DNA from: Cycas panzhihuaensis
Lineage: Eukaryota > Plantae > Cycadophyta
Assembly (NCBI GenBank): GCA_023213395.1
Contig: CM041465.1
Coordinates: 103,361,741 to 103,425,740 of the forward strand
Length of the DNA: 64,000 bases
Reading direction: 5' to 3'
Both the position numbers and the translations under genes were made by a program. Below, one piece after another: positions 38,261 to 50,223 of the stretch. The notes under the pieces are model-generated. The model was not told the origin of the DNA and ran no database searches. It saw only the letters and a program-made list of their open reading frames with translations. Numbering within the stretch: position 1 is the stretch's first letter; each line of letters starts with the position of its first letter.

Positions 38261-40018
38261 ACCCCTTTCTCAAGTGAATATTTTGGTGACCATATTGGGG
38301 ATCATCCTCTCTTATTTTATTTCATCTTATGATACATTCCATTAAAAAAATTTATATATTAAACCCTTATCGCATTAAGTTCCAAAGCATGCCCATAGTG
38401 AAATCTTGTTGGTCTAAAAATGAAAAATTAAACTATTCCTCACACATTAAATTAGAAGAAAGAAGAGACAAAAAACCCTTCAAAAATCCCTATAGAAACC
38501 CTCATTATATAGAATGGAAAAAATCTCATATTAAAAGGCACATAACTGTCACATAAAAATGGCAAGTACTTTTTCATAATCCTTATACTCAAACATCATA
38601 CATAGCCTATCAAAACCTTATAGATAGATAATGTTTCTTCTTATATACGTCTATCCATTCTCCTCACTATTTATTTATGGGTGATTAAAAGTCACTCTTA
38701 TCTGACCAATGATTTCATATTTAAATTTGGCACTTTTTTTCTCATGATTTTTATACCTTTGTATTTGTGAAATATTTATGATCCTAGATTTGTTTTAAAT
38801 CTATTTGACTATAAATTTAGTTAATCAAGATAATTTCCCAACTTCAATAAACTCATCACAATTGCCCATGTGTATATCATGTCTAAAACAACACTAAAAT
38901 CCATTTCTTTTCTATGTTTCTTTGATTTTGATATGAGAAAACCCATCAATTAGTAATTCTCCATCATCAACCTATGATCTTGATTTAAAAACCTAAATTT
39001 TTGAAACCTATTGATTAGACTTTGCATATTTAATAAGCAAAATTGTGATGAATCTAGTTCATTTAGGTGTTTTATTAATTTTGATCTTTGGATTTACCAA
39101 TCTATGACCAATTGACATTTACTCAAATCAACTCCACTCTAAAATTCACTTATAACTTGCCAAAATTACATGGTCAAAATTCCATAGTTATTGGTCAACA
39201 TGAAGTTGTAGGCTAAAAAATATTTGATTAAAATAAAAAAAGTTTCTATGTTTTGGAACATATTAAATCGAATTACAGAAAGACTTTGAATTTGCCCAAC
39301 CTCGAATTACTTAGTTGTAGGCTATGTTCATAGCCATGTAACCCTATGCTAAAATCCAAAAGGTGATTAAATATAATTTTATCTCAAGATTAATTTTTCA
39401 ATGACACCCTTTTATATTTTTTAGCATATTTTACATACATGATGTCAAGTTCATGATCACTGTAATAATACTTACAGCATTCCTTTTATTGATTTTTTGA
39501 GAGATGATTTAATCAACGAAGTTTAGATGATTTAAAAGTAATTATCGGGCATTATCAGGATTATGAACTAGAGACGGAGATGAGTCATTCCCTACAACTC
39601 ACGTCTAGGGCTTCTAGATTCAGTACAGCTGGCGGCGCTAGGTAGCATACAAAGGACCCAGACGCAATGGCATCCCTTTGTCTATGGAGGTGAGGACACC
39701 CGACCAGGGCTTCTTGATATACTTAGGGCGAGTTGTCCCCCTAGTCAAGACACAACGAAGGCAAGACAGACGTAGGAAAGACACATCAGTTCCCAGTTTA
39801 GCATTGATAGGAGAAGCATTTCACTACTTGGGGATGAAAGCATCTTAGTGAAGGGGATGAACGGCTCCCTTCCAGACCAGACAAAGAAAGAAGAGGAGGT
39901 AAACAAACTAGTGAGAAGGGTAGAGGCCGAGGTTATTATTATTGAATCTAGGGCCATGGTAAGTCCCTGTTGCCCTTACATGGGGGTTTATTTCTTTGCA
40001 TTATACAATAGTTTAAAT

Positions 40019-41535
40019 ATGGATAGAGACCAGACACTTAAAAACCAGAGCCAGAACCCTAATCTTTCATTAGGGAGATCTTACTGTGATGTGCTAAGAG
40101 CAAATGAGGAAGAAACATACGATTTAACACCTGTGATACAGGACAATAAGGTTAGATTAAAAATTCCACAGGGCTTAGTGGAGAAAACTAAGAAATATTG
40201 GGAGAACTGCCTTATCAGCAGATTCTCTGGAGCCAAGCTGGGGCTGGAAACCATCAGGACCTGGATAAGGATCAAATAGAAAATGGTAGGTAATGTGGAA
40301 GTAATAGCTATGCCAAAGGGTTGCGTGCTATTTAAATTTCTTTCCTATGAGGATATGACTAGTATTCTCCTAAGGGCCCCATGGATTCTTGGTAGAAAGG
40401 CCTTATCCCTTGAAAAATGGCATAGGGATTTTGATCCTTCCATTCCCAAAATTAGGAAAGCACCCATATGGATCCAATTGTCGGGTCTTCCCTTACTACA
40501 CTTGAACCCTGAAGTGCTAAAAGGAATCGCAAAAGTGGTGGGACCTCTTCTAGTAGTAGACTCGGTGACTAAGAATAGAAATAGACTTATAAATGCCAGG
40601 TTCTACGCCCTGGTCAAGATTGACAAACCACTTTTGGATGATCTAGGGATTGATATGGAGGATGGGAGTTGGGAACAACCATTGGTTTATTGAATGGAGC
40701 ATTTCAGATGCTCACTATGTAGAAACCTAGGTCACCTACCCTAGAAATATCTAGGTGTGAAGATCTCAATGGGTGGGAAGCAGGAGGACTCCATAGAGTT
40801 GAAACCCCAAGAGGCGATAAACTCCATGGAGATAAGGACAGAAGGGCAGACATAAGAGATTCTAAAAAACACTGAGGCACCTAAAGCTACAAAGGATCGA
40901 GTTGGGTCCCCTCCAGAACCGCATAGTACCCCACCCTTGAATCTTGGATTTGATCCCAATGTGGAGGACACTCTCTTAGAGGAAGGGAGTAGGTAGCTCA
41001 GGACTCAGAGGCCCCGGCAAGGCCAGAAGGGGATGGTGGCCTAAGAGCTCTCACTTCAACTGGGCCAGGAACCTCAACCCAATACACTTTAGCATACATG
41101 GTCAAGCCAGAGAAGAAGAAACGTGAAGTGGGCACTGAGGTGGGGGTGGGTATACCCCCCCTGAATAAGAAGGACTCTCTCTTAGGTGTTGGAGTGCAGA
41201 TAGCTCAGGGATCAGAGGCCCCAGTGCAGTTGGATAGGGATGAAGGCCTTGGGGTACCCACTTCAGTGGGACTAGGGACGTCAACCCAATACACCTTAAC
41301 ACACTTGGTTGTGACCCAGAAGAAGCCACCGGATGTGGGAGCTGAGAAGAGGGTGGGTAGGCCACCCCTGAAACTGCTCAAAGAAAAAGAGGCAGCTACC
41401 TAGGTAGATCAAGGAAACTAGAAAACTCTAAATGATGCCTTCCTTAAAGGGCCCAATCTTAGATCTAGAACAGAAGGCAGAGACCCACCAAAAGGTGAGA
41501 CCGTTGAAGTCTGGAAGCAAAGAAGAAAGAGATGA
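40019..41535 (+). pseudogene. LINE ORF1 (DUF4283-like domain plus zinc knuckle)
   Basis: WENCLISRF, GCVLFKF...APWILGRKALSLEKW, PIWIQLSGLPL, CSLCRNLGH; internal stops. Confidence 0.88.
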
Positions 41536-44500
41536 AAATTATATCGTGGAATTAGGGGACTGAACGCCCCCTCAAAATAGAGAATTATCAAGGACATGAG
41601 GGACAGACATCACCCAGATTTAATATTTTTACAGGAAACAAAGCTAAGTAAGAAGAATAGTCCAAGGATCAAAAATAGAATATGGAGGAAAGTTAAGGAC
41701 ATAGAAGTTGACTATGCTCAAGGAGCTGGGGGTTTAATGGTGTTTTGGGATCTGAATATTTGGTCTGGAGAAATTTATCTGGCTAAGGAATCCTTTGTTT
41801 CTTTATGGATAACCAATAAAAGCAACAATCTAAGATGGCTAGCCACTAATGTCTATGCCCCAAACCTTTAAGAGGCCAGGAAGAGGCTATGGGACAGAAT
41901 ATTGGAAGTCCACAGGGATTGCAGAGCCCCATGGCTCTTGGCAGGGGGCTTTAATATGGTATTGTGCCTAGGGAATAAAAAAGAGAATGCAATAGGTTGG
42001 ACTAGTAGTATGAGCAAGTTTGGTGGCTTCTTGCAATAGGGGGGTTTGGAGGATGTCAAGCTTAGGGGTGCTTTGTACACCTGGTCCAATAAGCATATAG
42101 GGGATTGTCTAATACAAATCAGACTGGATAGGGTGTTGTTCAACTACGATTGGCTGAGGTGTTTTAAGGACTTCACCCTAGAGGTTCTGCTGAGGATTAG
42201 CTCAGATCATTCCCCTCTCCTGTTTCATTTCTCAAATCTGGGAAAATACATTGGATCTCCTTTCAAGTTTGAATTGATGTGGCTTCGACACCCTAATTTT
42301 TAAAATAAGATTAAGGAATTGTGGGGTGTTCAAATACGTGGCCATGCAATGTATAGATTTTCAAAGAAATTAGACTAGGTAAAAGGTAAGTAAAAGTATG
42401 GAATAAGGAAGTCTTTCAAAACATCCATGAACTAAAGGACAAAACCATCTGTGATCTGAAAGAAACAAAGGGATATAGCGGGAGGGCAGATCCCTAGAGA
42501 CAAAAATCCAAGGAATTATGGTTGGCTAAAGGTGATAAAAACACTAAATTTTTCCATATGACCATAGCTAAGCACCTTCAAAGGGAAGACGACTCAGTAG
42601 TGAGCTCTACGGAAGACATGAAGGAACTGGCTAGAGATTACTTCAAGGATTTATATATTAAGCCGCAGGATGGTGATAAGGATAGAAGGAAATATTTCCT
42701 AAGAAACATTCCCAGTTTGGTGAATGAATCCCAAAATGCACGGTTGACAGCCCCTTTTACTCATGAGGAGGTTAGACTGACTCTCTTTAGTATGAAGAGA
42801 GACAAAGCTCTGGGCCTCGATGGATTTCCCCCAGGGCTCTTTCAGGAGTTTTGGGATATTATAAAGGATGACCTTATGGAGGCTCTGCAAGAATTATGTA
42901 AATCATAAGGTTCTACAGGAATGGTAGGCTACATTCCTTATTCTTATCCCTAAAAAAGAAGGGTCAAAGAGAATGGAGGAGTATTATCCCATTAGTCTCT
43001 ATAATGTTAAATATAAGATTATAACTAAGGTCATGGCCAATAGATTAAAGAAAATCATACCAAACATTATCTCTCAGAATCATAACGATTTCCTTTAGGG
43101 AAGACAGATCTATAATGGCTTCATAGTGGTTCATGAAATAATTCATTCAGTTAGGGAAAGGAAGGAGCCCACGATGCTCATTAAGATTGACCTCACAAAG
43201 GCCTTCAATAGGGTCTTCTAGGAGTGCCTTCTAGATTATCTAAAGGCATTTGGTTTTGGGGATTTATGGCAGACTTAGATCAAGCTCTACATAGGTAACC
43301 CGTAATTCTCAATTATTATGAATGGCTCCTCTTCTAGTTTTTTCCCAAGCTTTAGGGGATTGAGACAAGGTGATCCTCTCTCTCCCTTTCTCTATATAAC
43401 TATGGCTGAAATGTTGGGTAGACCTATGGAGATAACTAGAAGACAAGGGATTATTAAAGGCATAAAACTAACATCAGGGGTAGACAATGTGGTCCATCAC
43501 CAATTCGTTGATGATAATATCTTCTGAGCAAAGGCATCCATTAAAGAGACATCTAAATTTAAGGAGATCTTGGGATATTTTGAGAGGGCTATGAATCAGA
43601 AGATCAGTTTGAACAAAAGTAATATGTACTTCATAAATACCCCAGGGAGCACCCAAAGTAGGATCAGTAGGATTTTAGGGATGGGTATTAAGAAGCTCCC
43701 CACAACTTACCTCGGTATGCCTCTCTTCGAAGGTAAGATGACTAAGGAAATGTGGAACCCCCTCATCGATAGGATGCAAAGGAAGATGGCTGGCTGGAAA
43801 GGTGCCTTTTTAAGTCTAGCGGGGAAGCTTCAGCTAGTGGCTTCTACGCTTTAGAGTATCCTAATATACTAGATGTCCATTTTTAAAATGCTATCTAGAA
43901 TCCCAGATACTATAAAAATCATCTAGAAGATATTTCTTTGGTTTACGGTAAAGAATAAAGACAAGATACACCTGGTGAGCTAGAATAAAGTCTGTACTCT
44001 GAAATGGGCTGGAGGCCTCAATCTCAGAAGGATTCCATATTTTAATGCTACTCTTGGGGCCAAGCTGGGCTGGCATCTAATCAAAGGGGGAGAGAGACTG
44101 TGGGAGAAGATTCTCACATGGAAATATCTTCAAGGTGGTTCTCTCATCGAAAACCCTGCTTCGTCGGTAGGCTCAATCGTTTGGAGGAGTATCCTTAAAG
44201 CATGGAAAGTTATTAGAGAAGGCCTCAAATAGAGATTGGGAGATGGCAGATCAATTAAATTCTGGGAGGATGCATGGTGATGTGATAAGACTTTAAAGAA
44301 ATACCCTGATCTAGCACCTATCCAGGACCCCTGCATTAGGTTATATGGATTACACGTGAAGGACTATTGGACTGGGATAGGAAGAGATAGAAGTTGGAGA
44401 AACTTTGAGGAATTCTAGGGGGAGCAGCCACTCTATGAGGGTCTTTACAAAATCAAAAGGATCCTGGGAAAAAGCTATATCCCTAGGATGTCATCCCCAG

Positions 44501-45623
44501 ACTCGGTTGTGTGGCCCTTAAGCCCGTCTGGGGAGTATACTGCCAAACAAGGTTACCACTACTTATGCCTAGAGAGAGGAGACTAAAGGAATGTAATACT
44601 AGAAGGTGTTTGGAAGCTCTCACTTATCCCCAAGATCACAATTTTTTGGTGGATCTGTTTAAGGAACAAAATTCTCACAGTGGATAACCTCAAAAAGAGA
44701 GGGTTCCACCTACCCAACAGGTGTATTCTATGTTGTAAAGAAGAAGAATCTATGGACCATATCTTACTTACGTGTCCATACTCAAGGGAGGTATGGGGAC
44801 TGCTGTTGGGCAAACTAGAGGTGTGTTGGACCTTTTCTAAAAAGGTTGTTGATCTATGGCTTGCCTGGCAAAGCCCATTTAGAAGCAAAGTCTTAAGTTG
44901 TATTTGGAAGAGTGCATTACTGATACTATCATAGAATTTTTGGAAGGAAAGAAATAGAAGAATCTTCCAGGGGAAACAGATGGACCAGTATGCTACCTTC
45001 AAAAAAATCTGTATGGACATCAGGGAGAATGTTAGAAACATTAAGGAGAAACACACCACCTTGACAGAGAATAGGATTCTACTTAAGTGGGGCATAGAGC
45101 CAGTATATGAGGCTGTAAAGGTTAGATATAGCAGATGGCTACCACCAAAGGAGTCCTGGCTAAAAATCAATTTTGACGGAGCTTCAAAAGGGAACCCCAG
45201 AGAAGCTGGGGGAGGGGGCATTTGCACAGATAACCTGGGAAACCCCATTTGGGCCTTCATGGATTATTATGCTCACCAAACGAACCACTTTATAGAAATG
45301 TACGCTATGTTTAAAGCTATTGATTTAGCCCTTGAAGGAGGTACTAGGCGATTGGTAATCGAGGAGATTCAGAGGCAGTCATTAATTCGTTGAAAGGCTC
45401 AGCCCTCCCAGACTGGAGATTTCAATCCATGATCAATGATGTGAAGGAGAGTCTTAAGGGTCTAGAAGAAGTCTGTATAAGGCACACACTGAGAGAAGGA
45501 AACAAAGCGGCTAGCTTTTTGGCAAATTAGGGGGTTAGGGAAAAGGAAGACACCGTGTGGAGGTTTGACTTTCTTAAGGATCTTATGGTTCTGGTTGAGA
45601 AGGATAGGGTCCGAGATAGTTAG
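41532..45623 (+). pseudogene. LINE ORF2: APE endonuclease, RT, zf-RVT and RNase H-like domain
   Basis: MKIISWN, LQETK, RLDRVL...SDHSP, GDKNTKFFH, GLRQGDPLSPFL, QFVDD, CILCCKEEESMDHILLTC, WLKINFDGASKGNP. Confidence 0.92.
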
Positions 45624-47129
45624 CCATGGGGCTTGTCCTGGTAATGTAGTTCTTATGCCTAGACCATGGGGATGTCATGGTTATCTTTGACTGGGAAGCT
45701 CAAAGATTATTAATGTACTAGGTTGTAGGATCATGTTTCAAACCCACTTATAATTCAATTTTACCTTATCAAAAAAAAAAAAAAAGTAAGAAATTTTAAA
45801 TTTTATTTCAACATTATACAAATCTAATTCATCCATTTTAAACACATTTAGGCTCACTTTTTTAATCATTCACCTTCCATTCTCTAATAATGTATCATAA
45901 TCAAATTTTTTTCTTTTATGCTATGTCTCTTATGTAGATTAAGAGGGCTTTATTTTGAGTTTCTTATTATCATGATGGAGAATAGCCCTCATCCTATTGG
46001 TCCTCCTATTAAGAATGTATTTATAAAAGATGTTCTAAAGTAGTAAATAACTCTATAACTTTTGACTTTTTCTCCTATTTCTTGCCTTTTAGAATAAGAC
46101 GTTGGTTCATCCTCTTCTCAACCTTCCATTAGGCTTTTTAAGGGGTTGAGCCTTTAAGATCCCTCACACATTGTGATTTTGAGTGTTCAAGAATCTCTCA
46201 TATACAAACTATTATATCATAGCCTAATTCTTGGGTTCCTCATAAACATCTACTCTTTCCTTTTGTTGGATTAGTTATACTCCTATATTACAAGTTGTGT
46301 GAGCCCAAACTCATCATCCTACTACTTTTGGTTCATTGAGCATAGTTTCTCCTATCTTGAAATTTAAATCTTGATCTATATCCCAAATAATTCTAGAAAT
46401 AAATTTTCAATAAGTTCTACCTTGAACCACTACTGAGTTACCCATAAATATGAATCAACTAGATCAAGTCTTTGGTGCTTTATAGAATTAAGGTGTAAAA
46501 ACTTAATTTTTAACTTCAAGTTATCAAAACCCTTAACATTAATGCACTTATTTAAATGTTTTTCCATGTCTTAATAATCTAAGTATTTCTCATGTGGGTC
46601 CTACCTCTCAATTTGGTTTAGGTTCTTCACCTCAATCTCCCTCATTGTAAGGTATTTTATCACCAAATCCTATGGGGGCATCTAAGACTCAATCCTTTCC
46701 TTATAGTGATAGAGGTTCATAATCACATCAAGTTCCATAAACTCAACCACAAGTTGGTATTACTCCTACATTATCATAATCTAACTAATACTTACACACT
46801 CTAATGCAATGTGTTCAATCTGGTTAGGCTAATATGAGTGTTTCACAACTTATTTTTATTGACCAAAATTGTCCTAGTGTGTCTCCTCCATATAAAAGTA
46901 ATCCAATAGTGCCTAATATTTTATACCCCACCATAAATATGGCTTCTCTTGCTCAAGGTATTCATAGGTATTATATAGATTATATGAATAGCCCACTCAT
47001 AATAGAAATTACTAAGACTAAGTCTTTCCTTTATTATCCTTTTTACCTCACTTTAAGGGCACTCAAAGAGAAGATCCACAAACTCATATTCATGCCTTCT
47101 ATTTAGCATGCTCATAATGACAAAAGAAT

Positions 47130-47420
47130 AATGATGTTATTTGTCTTCTTTTCTCTTGAATGCTTTTTGGTAATGCACTTAAATAGTTTTATTATTTACC
47201 TTCATACTCTATCTCTACGTTTTAATAAGTTATCGACTAGTTTGTCACCTATTTTGATACAATAAAATCTTCTAGTATAAGTGTTAAAGTTCTCATATTT
47301 ACTAAAGAAGATTTTAAGAGAACTTACTGTGAATTCTTAAAATGATTTTAAGATGTAACATTTGTATCCAAATGTGAGTATCCTGATGGCCATATTACTA
47401 AATTATTCTTAAATGCCCTT
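47130..47420 (+). pseudogene. Very degraded gypsy gag (Retrotrans_gag-like) fragment
   Basis: Hand translation VICLLFS*MLFGNALK*FYYLPSYSISTFNKL...FVTYF resembles the LF..L.G.AL.WF..LP..SI..F..L...F gag motif. Confidence 0.55.
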
Positions 47421-47681
47421 AAGGACACAAGTCCATTTTGATAACTGTTAAAGATAAATCTCACTTAATACAAAGATGCCCTTAATAAGGCTCTTACTCT
47501 TGAGATGTTTAAAATTCAAGTTAGTGTCAAAGCTATTCTAAAACATTTTGCTCATAAAGATAAGTTAGAATCTCTTAGGGATTTAAAGCCTCTTATACAA
47601 GATAATTTATTAGACTCTATCACATTAATACTTCACAACATAGAGCACAAATTAGGGGTTAACCCTTGAAATATTAAAAAT

Positions 47682-47991
47682 TATTAGGTGTAATACCTAA
47701 TTACGTATATTAACCCTATATAGCCTCTTTCTATTTATTTGTATTTTTATATTAGAGGTTGTGGGCCACCTATAGATATGTGTCACCTTTGAGTCAATCG
47801 ATAGGGTTCTCTCACTAATGGTGAGTATATACTTTTTCATTCTCTCTAATTGAGTTTTAGCCAATTCTCCACATCTGGTGCTCATTTGTATACATACTTC
47901 ATCTTACTTGTAGTTTATTATTTTATTATTTACTCACCATTAGATGTCTTATTGTATATTACATTTCTAATTCCTAATATGGTATAAGAGC
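47682..47991 (+). mobile_element. Orphan copia-size 5' LTR (47682-47979) plus PBS (47980-47991)
   Basis: Inverted termini TATTAGG...CCTAATA, immediately followed by TGGTATAAGAGC. No second LTR or pol found. Confidence 0.7.
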
Positions 47992-48661
47992 CCAAGGTTC
48001 AATCCTTGAAGGCATCATTGTAAACCCTAATACATGTTATCCTTGTTTTGATCTTTTCAGCCTTGTAAATTTTTTTATGTACTTGCTTTATGACTACTCA
48101 CTTGAAGGTCATTTCAAGTTATCTGGATCCATATTATGCATATTTTGTTATGGGACTATTATCAACTTTTGAGGAGCCACTTTGAAGTTTTTTTTAACTA
48201 TTTGAAGCGTGTTAAAGCTACTCAAGTGGATATTTTATATGCATGTGGCACCATAATAATATTGCCTATAAGTTCTTCATGGTGAAAGTCCATAGAAATT
48301 TCTTTGTACAAATTTCAATTACTAGATAATCATCTCTTTGGCATGTCAGTTGAACAAGAATGCAACAGGATCATTGACATCAGTTAAGAGAGTCCTTCTT
48401 GGTCATGAGTGACTCCATTTCGAAAGAATGTGTAGATTTACATGTGAATAAAAGTTATAAATTTTTCTATTGATATGTACTTTCCTTATGTTAAAAAAAA
48501 TTTAAAATTTTTATATATAAGGCCTTCAAAATTTGCCTTATAATTTTCTATATTTGCAAAAAAAAAAAAAAAAAGAGGTTGTCAAGTTTATTTGTTAGTA
48601 AGCAGCCAAGTTGCCAAATCTATAGAGAGGATGGTTGGTATAACTACAGATAAAGATGTAA

Positions 48662-48868
48662 ATAGTAGCCATGCTTATTTACCTTAAGAAGCCCACAGAC
48701 TCCACCACAAAGAAATTTGAAGGAGCCCTCATGAATGCAGTTGTATTTGTTATCATGGTTATAGGAGTCACTTTTCTCCTTATGCTGCTCTACTATGTTG
48801 TATGAAGTTTTTAGAAGGTTACATGCATGTTTCTACATTCTTGGTGCTTGTATTTATGTTAAATGGCA
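48662..48868 (+). pseudogene. Presenilin (gamma-secretase catalytic subunit) gene fragment covering loop 1, TM2 and TM3, frameshifted
   Basis: IVAMLIYLKKPTDSTTKKFEGALMNAVVFVIMVIGVTFLLMLLYY, frameshift, CMKFLEGYMHVSTFLVL. This resembles the plant presenilin pattern A.LIY.E.P.DS...K.EG.L.NA.VFV.....VTF.L.LL.YY....FL..YM..S.F.VL, recalled from memory. Confidence 0.8.
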
Positions 48869-49891
48869 TAGAATTAATGTTGAATAGATTGTTATTAGTA
48901 GCATGAAGAACTTTGAGAATCATACTATTTAAACACATTGTCTCAATCTACATGTTCTTCTTTATTGGAAAAATAGTAGAATCACTCTCTAGTACAGATA
49001 AACTACTCTCCACAGAGGTCTAAGACATGTAAACATAGCTTATAGAACTATTTCTAGAAGTTCAAGGTTATCTCCAAAACCAATGACAGTCAAGACGTAT
49101 TCATGCCCATAGTCTGCTTTACTTGCTCCCTCAAACATTTACAATTTGTAGTTGAAATACTCTAATCTGGGTTTGTATATCCCAGCTCCTATGTATGAAA
49201 GTTTTTAGATGCCTCTAGATTTGAAAGCTAAAGACATTGCTTGTAACACTAATAAGAGACATAGAGAGGTGGGGATATAAGGCTATGACCGTCACCGTGA
49301 ATCAGACCTAGGTCATCCGTGTGATAGGAAAAGTAGCTCAGGATTCGTGTAGAGTAAAATCACCCTTGTAATCAATGGTAAACCTCTAATAATCCATGGC
49401 AGCCACTCGATTGAAGAATATAGTTACAACTAGTAACCTACTGTGATCGCCATAACTATAACAACAAAGGCATAACTTGACCTATAAAATAGTCATTGCT
49501 TGCTCATGATATAGAACCTTAGGAAGAAAAATAAGATGACCATGAGTGTAGCCATAGATGCTTTGAACTCTTCCTTGTTAGCCTGTATCATCACATGAAT
49601 TAATCAATGGTGGCTGCTCACAGACCTGCAAACAATGGAAGTGCCTAGTGAAAAAAAAAAATTAAACCTTAATGCTTTTAGAGTATTCACTTTTCTAATA
49701 TATTTTGGTGTATATTATTTTAATAAGTAGACGTGATCTAGTTTTTAAAATGATTAATAGTTTTTTTTGCATTTGGAAAATGAGATTTAGCTATATTGGA
49801 TAATCTTTTAGGTCCACTTAGCCAATTCAATAATGTAATCAATAGTACATGCAACATTAGCCAATTTAATAATGTAATCCTACTCTAACAT

Positions 49892-50223
49892 CTATCCCAC
49901 ATGTAAAACATCATCAACATAATTAGTTTTATCTTGTTCTATAGTGTCTTCCTCATAAACTAATTCCAAGGTATCCCATGCAGTTTTAGACATGGTCATT
50001 TCACTTATACTAGTGAATATAGTATCATCTAATAAATAAAAAATTAAGGCTAAAGCCTCTATATCTTTTCTCATATTTTCTTTAAAATTTAGTTCATCTT
50101 CTAAGTAACCATCCTTTACAAACTTCTAAAAATCATTTGCAATAAAATATAATTTCATTACTTTACTCTAAAGATGAAAATCAATTCTATCAAATATAGG
50201 AAAGCTTATATCACTAATATTCA
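49892..50223 (-). pseudogene. Copia gag N-terminal fragment (C7)
   Basis: FPIFDRIDFHL...MKLYFIANDF*KFVKDGY...KDIEALALIFYLLDDTIFTSISEMTMSKTAWDTLELVY, a typical copia gag start. Confidence 0.75.

Larger units (their letters stand above)
39542..45785 (+). mobile_element. Near full-length L1-clade LINE retrotransposon, inactivated by point mutations and small deletions
   Basis: ORF1, ORF2, poly(A) at 45771-45785, and candidate TSD AAAAGTAA (39534-39541 and 45782-45789) at a TTT/AAAA site. Confidence 0.93.

Noticed and set aside
38255-38270. TSD for G1
   Set aside because: The flanks (GCATT versus ACCCC) do not match and the 3' LTR end is decayed, so no TSD is claimed.
38329-38556. Gypsy pol remnant (HIKLEE...PYRNPHY)
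   Set aside because: One weak motif only. Probably very old TE debris, but not supportable as a feature.
44583-45260. 225-aa minus-strand ORF, the longest in the track
   Set aside because: Antisense shadow of LINE ORF2 (zf-RVT and RNase H region) with no recognisable domain.
48980-49240. PPR-like peptide (RRIHAH...NTLI)
   Set aside because: Similarity is too short and interrupted by stops to support a call without a search.
49730-49745. Helitron 3' end (CTAG-T) as carrier of the presenilin fragment
   Set aside because: No GC-rich subterminal hairpin and no defined 5' TC terminus.
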